Below, piece by piece: positions 12,811-25,499 of a stretch of 64,000 nucleotides of DNA. This stretch comes from Camelus ferus (taxonomy: Eukaryota). Position 1 is the stretch's first letter; each line of letters opens with the position of its first letter. The notes under the pieces were generated by a model. That model had not been told where the DNA came from. It searched no databases and worked only from the letters and a program-made list of their open reading frames with translations. The translations under genes and the position numbers were made by a program. The stretch covers positions 15,066,001 through 15,130,000 of the forward strand of contig NC_045728.1 in the NCBI RefSeq assembly GCF_009834535.1, in the 5' to 3' direction.

Positions 12811-15800
12811 CCCACAATGAAGCCTGAATCACTCCCCACCGTCCCTAGAAAACACCGCCTCCATCATCTCCCAGAGAGCCTCTTCCCGGGAGGAAGGGGC
12901 CGCCACCCCCCACCCCAGTTCCTAGGCTGTATCTCACTATCTTCAGCATCTCCTGGACTTTGCGCCAGCTGTTTCAACTTCCCGGTAAGTCTGTCCCAGT
13001 AAGGTAAGGTACCCCCTGCTCTAAATAGCACCCTCGGTGATCTGCAAACATTACAAGGACATCAAAACAAAGCTATCAGCTGGGTTCCTAGCTTTAGCGG
13101 CCAGTCCAGACTCTTTTGTTTAACTCTCAGACAGCTTATTGACTAAGTGATGGGGTCAGAAGTTGCCTTTGCACCTCACTTCTTCCAGAACCAGGCCCTT
13201 GAAGAAGCCAATTCAGGGCAGGTGGGAAACGTCCACTCATTCACAATTTCAGATTTACGTGCTTTCAGTAAGCACAAATTTCTTACCAATCAACAACTTG
13301 TGGGGGTGAGAGAGGATTAAGGGGGAAAAAGACAGAACCTAAAGAGGCAAAGACTGCCTACATCTTTTCCCCTCTCTCAGGAGCAGGGGCATCGGCAGCC
13401 CACTCAGTGAGATGTTCTCAGAGGCTGCCTGTCCACATGAAGGGGGAGGGAAGTAGGGGAGGGCAGGAAGCTGATAAACTGAGTGATAAATGCAGCCGCT
13501 GCATTTTAAGTGATACCTGTTTTCTGCCATCAGGAGCCTTCACACATCTNNNNNNNNNNNNNNNNNNNNNNNNNNNNNNNNNNNNNNNNNNNNNNNNNNN
13601 NNNNNNNNNNNNNNNNNNNNNNNNNNNNNNNNNNNNNNNNNNNNNNNNNNNNNNNNNNNNNNNNNNNNNNNNNNNNNNNNNNNNNNNNGTTCAACAGACC
13701 ACAGGGGTTATCAGTGGAGTTGATACAGGAAGATAAACAGCAACCTCTTAGGCAAATAGCACTAAGAATGTGGGACCGGCCACAGCACAAAATCGGAATT
13801 TCAGAGAACATGAATCTGAACACTGTTCCTCGGTTCCAACCCCTGGAAACCCACAGGAACTTAGAGAAGACTCCTGGGCAGATCTGCCTTCGCCTCTTTG
13901 CAGGGAGGGGCGTGTGTGTGTGTGTATATAGATCCAACCTGCTTTGCAATGAGTGGTGGTTTCAGATCTTACCAACAGAACTCCCCTCTGTGGCCCCAAG
14001 CTTCTCCTCCTCACAACAGCCATTTCATTCTTCAATCTAGACCCACTGGAATGCGTTTTGTTCAGAAAGGGAGAAAAAGGTATTCTCCAAGGTGGGAGTA
14101 GGGGGTCAGAGGGCAGCAAGGAAAATAATCTAAGGGACACTAAGAGTTCTGGGTTCCAGGACACCACCCATGTGACCAGGAGACACTACCTGCCCCTGGG
14201 CTCTGCAGATCTGCTTCTGCCCAGCAAGAAAAGGTTCCAGGTGGCATCTTTTCAAACCCCTCTCATTCTTTTAAGGGCAAATTCACACCAAGCACCAAGA
14301 GGTGAGTGGCTCCAAGTGACAAAAGAACTGCACTCAGACAGACAGAGCAAGCGGCTTCTCCCACCAGGCTGCGGGCCGGGGAGGNNNNNNNNNNNNNNNN
14401 NNNNNNNNNNNNNNNNNNNNNNNNNNNNNNNNNNNNNNNNNNNNNNNNNNNNNNNNNNNNNNNNNNNNNNNNNNNNNNNNNNNNNNNNNNNNNNNNNNNN
14501 NNNNNNNNNNNNNNNNNNNNNNNNNNNNNNNNNNNNNNNNNNNNNNNNNNNNNNNNNNNNNNNNNNNNNNNNNNNNNNNNNNNNNNNNNNNNNNNNNNNN
14601 NNNNGGGTTTGGCCTATCTCCCCCTCGAGCCATTGACTCTGGCTGTTGGGAAATATTTAGCAGCTACTCAGCTCAGAAAAACAAAACCCACTTTGTAGCT
14701 GTCAGGACACAAAAAGTAAAGTAGTGGATAATTATGAAGGGGGGAAGGAGGGGGGGAGGTGGCAATGAAAACCATTGTGCTATAGGAATTGAGGAAGGGG
14801 CCAGGGCTGGACCCTAAAGGGGTCTGCCAGCCGCCAAGCCCAGCCCTGGTTTTCCAGGCTCAACTTCAAGGAAAGAAAAATGTTTTTAGAGCCACTCGAT
14901 TTAGCAGTGGCTTCAGATTGTTTTTAGGTACCGTCTTTATCCCTTCTGCCAAGGGGACGGGGGTGGGGGTATAGGGGAGGTAGGCTCAGAAATGTTGGTG
15001 GAGCCTTAATTTAGCAGAGCCTTTAGGGGACAACTGTCACGATTTCACTTTTGCATTGAAAGTTTCTAATCCCTACTCTGCGAACGCCCCCGAAGCAGCC
15101 TTCACCTTCTCTAAGAGGGGCGAGAGCCTCTTATTTGAGATGTGCAGAGTTTTTCAGGCAGAGGATGAACAGAGAGCTAGGGGGAGGGGTGTGTCCAGCA
15201 ATGGGCCAGGACCCCCTTCCCCAAAGCTCCAGGACCAGCGGTCCCCACGCTGATCACTCTTGTCCTGTACTCTTTGCACCAAACCATGCAGTTGATAAGA
15301 ACTTATTTTTATTTTTCCTTGAACTACTGTCAACATAAATGCCAAAGACGGAGGGACAGGCTTGTTTTGAAGTCCCTGAAGGAGGCGTCCTGTCCAAGCC
15401 CCCCCAGGCCTGAGTGCAGTTCACTCCTTTGTCACCAGGGGCTTTTAAAATGATGGCAGCAGCAACATTAGCTAAAGTGACACCTCCATTTGCCAGACAA
15501 CTCGCAAACGTCTGCCTTCTCCAAGAAGTCAGGGCAAAGTTTCCCTTAAGAATGAGGTCAAACGCCGCTGTTCTCCGCAAAAATCACTTTTTAGAAATGT
15601 TACTTATGGGCCAAAAAATACAGAACAAGTCGCTTAGGTAGTCATCTCGTAAAGACTCCAGGATGTGATGGGGGAAAAAATGGTCTTGATATATGTGAAC
15701 AGGAAAATAAGTGCTATGCCAGTCTTTTTCATTTTTAAAACGATTTTATGATGAGAAAAAGGAGACATGCACATCCTTTCCAGCACTGTGCCCTGAGAGC

Positions 15801-17309
15801 CTGCCCCGGGGTCTCGGTCCCAGGTACACGACATCCCGGCAGCATGTGTGAAGTCGACGTTAGTACCTTCCTTGCACAAATGAGGAAGCGGGTGCTTAGT
15901 ATCCACCACAGAGTTTCCAACAGGCAGAGGATGAATTCAAACCCAGGTTCAGCTGCGGACACAGTGCTTCCCAGCTGCTCACCGTCCCGCAGCCATCAAC
16001 CCCGGAACATCCAGATGCTCCGGGAACGCAAAAACCAGCGAATCATCCCCCCCATCGGGTCCCCCTCCCAGAGACAAGCCCTGCCGGCACGTGGGGGTCT
16101 CTCCTCCACGCCCCCGGCCCCCACACCCACATCCAGGCATACACTCGCAGCTCTGNNNNNNNNNNNNNNNNNNNNNNNNNNNNNNNNNNNNNNNNNNNNN
16201 NNNNNNNNNNNNNNNNNNNNNNNNNNNNNNNNNNNNNNNNNNNNNNNNNNNNNNNNNNNNNNNNNNNNNNNNNNNNNNNNNNNNNNNNNNNNNNNTGAGC
16301 GGGGTCTGCCCGGCCCGCACAGGNNNNNNNNNNNNNNNNNNNNNNNNNNNNNNNNNNNNNNNNNNNNNNNNNNNNNNNNNNNNNNNNNNNNNNNNNNNNN
16401 NNNNNNNNNNNNNNNNNNNNNNNNNNNNNNNNNNNNNNNNNNNNNNNNNNNNNNNNNNNNNNNNNNNNNNNNNNNNNNNNNNNNNNNNNNNNNNNNNNNN
16501 NNNNNNNNNNNNNNNNNNNNNNNNNNNNNNNNNNNAAACAAGACGCTGCTAAGCTGTCTCTCCAACTCTGGAAGTAATCAGGCCTAGGCTCCGGGCTTTG
16601 GGGGGGGGCTCCTTTCGGGGGGGGGAGCGGGGGCTTCAGCCACTGTAGATCCCTCTAACCTGCTGGACCGCGTAAGTTAATACATTTCAAACAGCCCCTC
16701 TGCATGTCCCCCAGCCACCATAAAAGACTCCCCCAAATTAACACTAATAATGTTTCCCCCAGCGCTGCGGGCCTGGCCCGTCACCAAGGGCCATTACGGT
16801 CAGCCACATCTGCCTCTCGCTATCAAAAGGAGAGCTGTGCCAACAGGCCTTGTGGCACGAAGATCACAGCGCTCAGCGAATCCACTTGGAGACCAACGCC
16901 AGGTGAGGGCAGCAGGGGGCTCCGGGAGCGAGGGGCTGGGGTCCCAAGAGAAGCAGGAAGCAGGGAGGCGGCCTCACCTTGAGTCCCTGCTGCGTCCTTT
17001 ATGTTACGTGGTACCCCGCTTGACATGTTTAAACCATCTCAAGAGGTAAGGGGCTAACCTCACTTCCCAGAAGAGGAGCCTGATGGTTCAGACAGGGGAA
17101 GGAAGCCCATTGCCCAAATTTCTAATGAGGCACTTCATTCAAATCCAAGCCTATCTGAGATCAGTCTGTGCCCCTGCCCTACACACCTTGCCTCTAACAA
17201 AGACACTGGTCTGGTGATGTGTCTGTCTCATTCTTAGCATGCCTGGTCTATCTGTCCTCACCTACTGTCTCTGGGGGATCTAAATGGCCCTAAAGAGGAT
17301 AAGACTCTG

Positions 17310-17341
17310 TAATAACCTATAATGAAAAAGAATATGGAAAA

Positions 17342-17385
<44 letters not shown>

Positions 17386-17468
17386 CTGAATCACTAAGCT
17401 GTACACCAGAAACTAACACAACATTGTAAATCAACTAGACTTCAATATAAAAAAATAAATAAATAAAA
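17310..17468 (+). mobile_element. L1 3'UTR fragment containing an (AT)n microsatellite
   Basis: TGTAATAACCTATAATGAAAAAGAATATG...TGACTGAATCACT...CTGTACACCAGAAACTAACACAACATTGTAAATCAAC followed by an A-rich tail. Confidence 0.85.
17344..17383. repeat. (AT)20 microsatellite inside an L1 tail
   Basis: Direct reading. Confidence 0.97.
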
Positions 17469-18989
17469 GAGGAGGGGCAATGGAGAGGGGTCTAAACACC
17501 ATTCCCAAATGGCCCACAACTCCTCCTCCCATCAAAATTTCCGTGGCTGCATCCTCTAATAATTGTGCCAGTAATGCCTCACTGTTTCAGGAAGTCCTGT
17601 CTCTTATCTGACCTGGATTCTGCCTACTGCAAACCTGAGCAATCTGTTTCTGCTGAAGAAAATCAGGTCTTGAGGACAAGAGTTGAAAGCGAGCTAAGAA
17701 TTTAGAACTAAGTAGGTTTTTGTGAGTTTTCAGCCGAAGTTTCCACACTGACAAGAAAGTACCAGATCCCCTCTTTGCAGCTGTGGAGATCAGTCTCACG
17801 TAGGCAAAACCCAACCAGAGTTTTTCCAGACTGAGCCAGCATAATAAGGACACGGGGGCTTTTAAGGGGAAACAGTAGAAAGGGGAATTTCTGATTATGC
17901 TGGCATGAAATGAATGGCACGGAATTTTTATTTTTGTAAGTGGGTTTCTTTTTCTCTCCCCTTTTCTGTTGTTAGAGTCAGCATAAAAGGCCTCTGTCGC
18001 TGGAAGCTGGTCTCTGTCCGTGTCTGTAAGAGATGACTTCGTGCTCTTGGACCCACGTGGCCCCGGTCCCCAAAGACCTGACCCAGCACAGTAAGTGGCA
18101 CCCTCGCTCCCTCCCTCCTCTCAAGCCACCAGAGGAAGCTAGGAGCGATGAGCTTGCTGGTCAGCGGCTGCAGGGAACATGGGGCAGATGCCTCCTGTGC
18201 TGCCCCTTCCCTTCTGATGCCATCAGGGGCTGAAGATCCAAGCAAGATGTTACAGAAAGAAGAGTGATCATGGAGCCCAAAGACCTGGGAACGAACCCTG
18301 GCACCACCCTTCACCATCTCACCAGGAACAAGTCCGTTAACTTCTTGGGCTTCCCTCTGCCCATCAGGGAAGGTGAAACAAATGTCCACCCTACAGGGCA
18401 GCTAGAGGGTTTGAGAAGATTCTGACCATGAACGCACTTAGCACAGAGCCTGACATGTGTCAAACACTCAAAGCGGTGTTGGCTGAATCGGCACTTGGAA
18501 GCATCCTGCACTGCGGGGTGGGAGAGGGACAGGGCTCTGGAACACGCCACATCCACAAGCCCAGGCTTCTCTGGGGAAGGCGGTGTGTGGCCTCCTCATC
18601 TCTGCTCCGACCACAGTGATTTGTTGGCCTGACCACGTGCACAGGCCACAGGACACGGCCTCGGAGAGCCGCCTCGGCACTTGGAACTGATGGCGGTGGA
18701 GCGCTGCCCAGCTAAATTTAAATGAGAACTGGAATGACTCATCAGGCTTCAGGTCAATGGGACAAAGAGTACCCTGGCCACCACGCTACCAGAGATCAGC
18801 TTTGGAGGAAAAATGCAGGTGCTCACTGTGTATCAGCTCCAAACACACGGCGCCGGGGGCAGCGGTTCATAGGTGCTGTATAAACCGACACCTCTGGGGG
18901 AAAGTGGGACCTGAATCAACATGAACACAATTTTTACCCTGCACTGCCAGGCCTACAACAACAACGGGCAGCAGAAACACAACAGCAAA

Positions 18990-19185
18990 CATTTACTGTG
19001 TGTTACCCTTCCTTGCACGTGACAAATATTTGCTGATTAATCCTTGTAGCAACCCAGTGAGTATGTACTGTTATTACTCTCATTTTACAAATGAGCCAGC
19101 GGGCACAGAGAGGTTGAGGAACGTAACCACCATCACACAGCTGGTAAGTGGCGAAGTCGGGATTCTGACCCAGATCGTCCAATTT
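18990..19185 (-). mobile_element. MIR SINE
   Basis: TTAATCCTTGTAGCAACCCAGTGAG...CTCATTTTACAAATGAG...GCACAGAGAGGTTGAGGAAC...CACACAGCTGGTAAGTGGC. Confidence 0.75.
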
Positions 19186-20039
19186 GCTCAAAACATCCGT
19201 TTACCATGTGAAAACCGTGGGGCCAGAGGTGGGAGAAGGGGGGTGCCATGGTAGGTTTTTCTTTCTACCAAAATAACTGCCACCGAGTCGGTGCTTTCAC
19301 CTAAAACCGCCAAAACAGAACTTGACTAAGAAAACCCTCCAACGGGCAAATTAAGGCTCGCCTGCATTCATTTAGCAAGACTCGTATGTCTCACACGCAG
19401 GCTTTTGGTTGGATTTGTTTTAAAGTCATTACTTTTCAAAAATTAAAATAATTGGAAATGTTTTTCCCCTGAATTAGCAAGAAATCAAAGAGTTGTGAAT
19501 GGAGTTTGATTTTAACAGTTTAGGATAATCACTATTTTAAAGATTCATAAATAGTTTTCCTAGAACAAGCAAGGAGGAAAGAGTGTTGATGAACTGAAGC
19601 TTCCCCGCCTCTCCCTCCAGCAATTAGCAGCTCCATCCACTAGTGACAGCAAATTAAAATGGGACTTCTCGCCGAGATGAAAAAGCAGGCAGCTTTCTTC
19701 CACTGGAAAGGAAATAAAAGAAATCATCTTCTGAATTTCCAAGAGTTCCAGATCTCGGATGACTCAGTAACCCTAAGCAGGTCAAAGTATTAGAAACGAA
19801 GTCAGAGCAGACAGAATCAAATCACACTGACCCCCTATTTTAGCTGGCCACCTGCCAATTTAGATTCCAAACCAGAGCGAAAGTCAGTTCACCATAAAGG
19901 ACTTCATGAAGAGGACAGTGCAGAAGGGGCAAGAGGAAAACTTTTTTTTAAAGAGTTCAACTCTCCAGGAAGAGCTCATCCAAGTACCTAGTTTTACAAA
20001 GGAAGAAGTTAAAGCTCAGGATGAAAAAGAGACCAACGA

Positions 20040-20262
20040 GCGTGAACCCTAATGTAAACTGTGGACTTTGGTTGATAATAATGTGCCCATGTTTGTTCAT
20101 CGATGGTACCAAATATGCCACACTGATGAGGGATGATGACGGTAGGGGCGTATATATGTGTGGGTGGGGAGGGCTATGTGCGAACTCTGTATTTTCTGCT
20201 CAATTCTGTTGTGAACCTGAAACAGCTCTAAAAGAATAAAGTCTATTTAAAAAATTTTTAAA
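20040..20262 (+). mobile_element. Old L1M (L1MC-like) 3' end
   Basis: GTGAACCCTAATGTAAACTGTGGACTTTGGTTGATAATAATGTG...AACTCTGTATTTTCTGCTCAATTCTGTTGTGAACCTGAAACAGCTCTAAAA. Confidence 0.75.
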
Positions 20263-20829
20263 AAGAGAGAAACCAATGATGACNNNNNNNNNNNNNNNNN
20301 NNNNNNNNNNNNNNNNNNNNNNNNNNNNNNNNNNNNNNNNNNNNNNNNNNNNNNNNNNNNNNNNNNNNNNNNNNNNNNNNNNNNNNNNNNNNNNNNNNNN
20401 NNNNNNNNNNNNNNNNNNNNNNNNNNNNTCCAGCCTCCCAAGATGGCAGAACACACCACCACAACTTGTACCATCTCCCCATCTTCACAAGCAATGACCT
20501 CTCCAGCAGACTAGATTTCCAGGAGCCCGGGAGCTTAGAAACTTAAGTCATCCATCACCCCCAAAAGGATACTTCCTGGAAATAGAAATGGTTTCAGAAA
20601 GGATTCGGGCAAATCTGTGAATGACAGAGCAGCCATAAATAGCTACGAAGAGAAGCCAGGCTCCACCTGACCTTCAGGATTGACGTCAAGGAAGAGAGCT
20701 GGAGCCGCCAACAGTGGTACCGTAGGGACGGTGCTGGCATCATCCAGACTAGGTCAGATGGACCTGACCCAGAACAGCGATGCCCATGTGCTTATATGGC
20801 CTGGCGCGGAGCACCCAGGACTGTGAATT

Positions 20830-20975
20830 AGAAGGTGAACTGGGCTCCTGGCTCTAGCCATTTATAGCCCTGTGACCTTGAGTGTGTCACTCACTCGCTC
20901 AAAGCTCATTTTCCTCATCTGTAAGTTGAGGCTGATAACGGTCGCAGATGCCTTACACAGAACACTTAGCTGCTT
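20830..20975 (+). mobile_element. MIR SINE
   Basis: TGTGACCTTGAGTG...TTTTCCTCATCTGTAAG. Confidence 0.62.
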
Positions 20976-23539
20976 CAGAAATCCGAACTGTTCAGATGTT
21001 AGAAAGGTACTGTGGGGCCTATCATGTTTGCTAGCCCCAGAGGAGTCTAGGGAAGTACTCTGTAATCAAACACATTAATATTTTTGCGGCAAAACATATG
21101 AATATTCAAAATAGGCGGGATAAATATAGCCTCACATCAGTTCAGATCAGGTTTTGCCACTAAATGAGTTGGCTGCAAACTCACACAAAGCCTTTTAGCT
21201 TTCAGAGTTTTTCAGACGTCATCACTACAGATATGGAATGAGGGACCTGCACCCCCTGAGGGGAGGCTGTGAGGTTAAGAGACAAAAAGTCATTCCAGGG
21301 GCTCTGCAAAGGAAAAAGTGAGACAACAGATAAAAGGCATCATGAATATGATCACTGACACTATCACAATTTCACAGCACAGTCTTTTCCAAACAGAACT
21401 TGGTTGGACCTCAGAGGTGCCTAAAGCTAGCAGAATGATGAAAGGGGTCCAGGAGTTCAGGGCAACTTCTACATTCCCCAAGTGGCCTAAACCAAAGTCA
21501 ATTGCTATTGGCTTTCTACACGTTCAACCACTGAGAAATGAGAAGCTGGCCACCTGAAAGAGGCCGATGCAAAGGGCCAGGCAGAACCTTGACATCTCAA
21601 CAACGTGGCCCACATACCCTGGAGCTGGCCCCAGGAAGCTTCTGAGAAGGCTGCACACCTGGGTGCAGGGAACGGGCTGAGACCACCCTGGCGGTCCCTG
21701 AGTATCCCTTGGAGAACCAGGCAAGAGCTACTGTGTGTGTACAGAATACACCCTGTAGCTGGTCCCAGGGCTTGTCTTGTACAAGATTTGGAGGCTCCTG
21801 GGGAACCAGACCCCACTCTGATTCTGCAGCACTAAATTCAGAAGCATGTTAATACCAGGCTATGTGAGCCTGGGGAGACTATGAGGACTGTGTTGACACT
21901 TAAGTCAACCATACTGTTCCCTGCCATCTTCTCACACGTGTATAACTCTGAGAAGGAGACGATGCACCTGGCCTGGTTGAGCTGGTCCCTAGATCAGGTG
22001 CAGACAAGGCTACATGCAGAATAGGTCCAGCCTTTCAGAGACAGAGAGAAAGAAGAGAGACTGAGCTTAGGGAAGGAGAGTCCACTCTCCCTGATGTGAC
22101 CCTCCCTCTGTCAGATGTCATCCTCTGTAATGTGGGCCCACTAGGAAGGTTTTGGGGTCTAGAGCTTGTTCCTGCATCTGCCTGGAGATAGATCTGCTGA
22201 TCTGTCAGGCCTTCCAATTGTTCTGACTTCCTTCTGAATCCTTTAGGCAAGTAAGTCCCATTTGATTTACCCAAGTAGCGTCTTTGTGTGGTCTTTCCAT
22301 CAATCCATGGCTACATCCGACATTGCTTTTACATCTCACGGTGCACCGCAGGGACCACAACTTCACAAAGTTTCATTCAAACTGTCTGTCGTGCCAGCAG
22401 CCTCGCTCCCCTCTCACCAGCTTGGGACCAAGTCACGAGGAAAGCCTCTGATGGGATTCCGGAACAATCCCTCCTTCCTGCATCACTTCCCAGAACTCAC
22501 CTCATCCTTCCTCTCCATGCCCTTCTGGCCCCCCAAGAAGAAACACAATAACTGGCGGGTACCTCACCTTTACCAACACTCCAGCTTACTGGCATAACAA
22601 CAAAATAAAATAAATCCTGTGGCCTGTTATTTCATCGTGTTCGTCACTGTTATGTGTACTGCCAATTCGGCAGAACTCCCGACATCAAAATCTCCCACTC
22701 TTTTGTTTTGCCTTTTTGTTTGTGCTATGCTGGTAGTTGTGATGTGGTGGGGAGGACCAGAGAAATGCAGCACCTTAATCCTGGAGGTCTCAGAGAGAGG
22801 GAGAGAGGAAAAGCCTCTCCAGAGTGCATCTGTTCAGGAGCCAGGAGGCTGTCAGCCACAGCGAGGGCAGAGTGCACGCAGGAGCATTCTCTCCAACCTT
22901 GACTTCCTTAGACCCCATAGCTTTCCGCCCAGGGCACAGCCCCAGGCTCCAGTATCTTGGGCCACAGCAGCCGACCTTCCACTCTCAATCAAAAGCACAT
23001 TCTCCATGTCAGACGTCCAGGATGCCAGAACCAGTGCCTCACCATCACAAGTTCACAAGGACAGGGACACTCCTCTGCACCACCTCACAGCCAACTCAAC
23101 GCCAGCCGAGGGCAGCACTGTGAACACTACACACTAGAGCTCAGAGCCAACAGGCGCGATGCAGAGACAAGCCCCAAACGGGATGCGGGACTGAGGGTCA
23201 GTTCCTCATCCCTCCCAGTTACCAAGTGCCAGTCGCAGCTCCAGGGATTTCCAGATGTTACTTCGTTAATTCAGCGTCCCACCCTACAGACCATCTCCAT
23301 TTTAAAGAGACTAAAACCCAGCTCAAAATGGTCATATAACTTTCACAAGCTCTCCTGGCTAGATATGGCTAGTTCCACCAGGAATGTTCCAGGAGGGGGT
23401 TGGGGGTAGAACACAGCCAGCCCTCCACCTCTTCCCAGAAGAACAAGGACCCCACAGAATGGGAACTCGAACTCCTGGGAGAATGACATCTTTTCCAGCC
23501 CTCTCAGGTAAAGAGCACATGAGAGCTAGGAAAAAGTTA

Positions 23540-23833
23540 CTTTCCACGGAATTGGGGGTGGGAGGAATGGGCGAAGGTAGTCAAAAGGTACAAATTTCCA
23601 GTTACAAAATAAGTAAGTCCTGGGGATCCAGCATAATGATGGTAGTTAGCAATATTATGTTGCATATTTGTAAGTTGCTAAGAGAAAGAGTAGATTTTAA
23701 AAGTGCTCAAGAAAAAAAAATGTATAACCACGTATGGTGATCGATATTAACTAGCATTATCCTAGTGGTCATTTCATAATATATACACCCGAAATTGATC
23801 CAGTATTATATGTCAATTATATCTCAATTTAAA
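23540..23833 (+). mobile_element. Old L1M (L1MA/MB-like) 3' end
   Basis: GTCAAAAGGTACAAATTTCCAGTTACAAAATAAGTAAGTCCTGGGGAT...GTAGATTTTAAAAGTGCTCA...TATATGTCAATTATATCTCAAT. Confidence 0.75.
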
Positions 23834-24549
23834 ATTGTCTTTCCACTATACCCCAATTCTTACTGCACATAACTGAAATAATTCACATCCGGAGAAGATG
23901 ATAAATCTATCTGGTCAAGTTTGGAGAGAGGGTTTCCTCTCTAGGAAAGTTTGAGCAAAAACAAACAGAACCTCGGTCTATTTCTGAGCAGTACAAGCAC
24001 CACGAAGACACACCTTAGTGGCGGTTATTTTTCTCACCCGATCGGAAAAAAATACAGGCTACGGTTAGCTCAACGGCACTTTCCACACGGTAAGTATCCG
24101 AGCCCCCCATCAAACAGTGTTGGCGCATGTTCCGGCCCAGCTTGGGGTAATCAGATCAACCTCCAGAGGCCTCCTCCTCCGTGTTCACAGCCCTGTCCCT
24201 CCTCTCACCTCCTCCTCTACCTGGATCAGCAACCGAGGAATGGGGCGGGGAGGGGGTAGAGAGAGGAGTGCAAAAGTGAAGAATCCACTCAAGATCAGGA
24301 AAACAGCAGGCAAGAAGGGAAACGTTATCACAGATGACAAGAGGAACTGGACTCCTTGACAACATTCACCAGACCCAGGGACTGGGAGGGAATGCTAAGG
24401 GCATATATGATATGATACATTATGATAGATGAAAGCAAACACCGAACTCACTACTGATTCCCTCCGTGTCTGCTGCACTTCCGAGAAGCAATTTTCAAAA
24501 CCCTCTGCTCTGTCGCCCCGATCCTCTTTGGGACTGAATGATTCCAAGA

Positions 24550-24750
24550 GGTAGCAAAGTGCAGGAGGGTTAAGACCTGAATTTGCATCCAGCTCTGCCT
24601 CTTACTATCCATATGACCCTGGGAAAAGGTCTTAGGACTCTCCTATGGGAAATAAGAAAATCATCTACGTGGGACAACTGCTGTGAGGAAAACGTGACTC
24701 CATGAAAAGCACTTGAACCAGGCATGTCATAAAAGCTCAGTGAATGGTTA
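24550..24750 (+). mobile_element. MIR SINE
   Basis: CCAGCTCTGCCTCTTACT...ATGACCCTGGGA...CTGTGAGGA...AGCACTTGAACCAGGCATG. Confidence 0.6.
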
Positions 24751-25499
24751 TTTCACAGAGAAAGAAACAGAAGCCAGAGGGAAGCCAATGTTAGCCCGAA
24801 GTGGTATTTAATTCAATGTGAGCAGGGAGGGGATGAGAAGAAGGCTGCAGGCTGCAAAACCAATGTCTCTCATACCCATCCTTCTCCCTTGAATTTAAAT
24901 CAACTCCCTCTAAATGTGTTTACAGGGACAGAAGATGAGAAGGGAGAGGAAGCAACGTTCCCGGTGATGAATGTTCACCAGGAATGATGTTCAGAACCTG
25001 CAGCTGCTCTTGTGGCCTAAACAGCATTCAGCCCCTCCCATCCTCCGGCCCCTCCCATCCTCCGGAGCTGCAGACAGGCTGCCTTGGCAGAAACCAGCAT
25101 GGGAGCTCGGGTACCTGAAACCTGGCAACATGGCCAGATCCGGGCTGTGGGACCTTCCTCCTCTCCCCGCTTCTCCCTCCCTCCACTTTAGCAGTCACTC
25201 CACGCAAAGGAGACCAGACCCAACAGCAGAAAAAGCAAATAGGAGCCCAAAGGCAAAAAGAGAGGCGAGCGCCTAGCAAGAAGCTGGGCCCCTGAGTTTC
25301 CCAGCGCTTAGAAAAGACCCGAGGCTCCCTCAGCACACTTGAAAATTTTCCCCCAACGTGATGTTTCACAAATAGCAAAGACAACAGGCTAGCCGGGCCC
25401 CAGGAGACTCAGGAGTAGCTGGGTATGAAGGCGGGGGTCAAGGCCAAAGTCTGGGGTCGGGGGGGTCGTGGTGTCGGTGTGGGAGTGAGGGGGGCCTAC

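Larger units (their letters stand above)
1..25499 (-). other. ZBTB16: ZBTB16 intron 2, 5' part (continues beyond the window)
   Basis: GT donor at 25499-25498. I found no exon encoding the rest of ZF1/ZF2 (K-L-H-S-G-M-K-T-Y-G-C...) in 1-25499, consistent with the very large mammalian intron 2. Confidence 0.88.
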
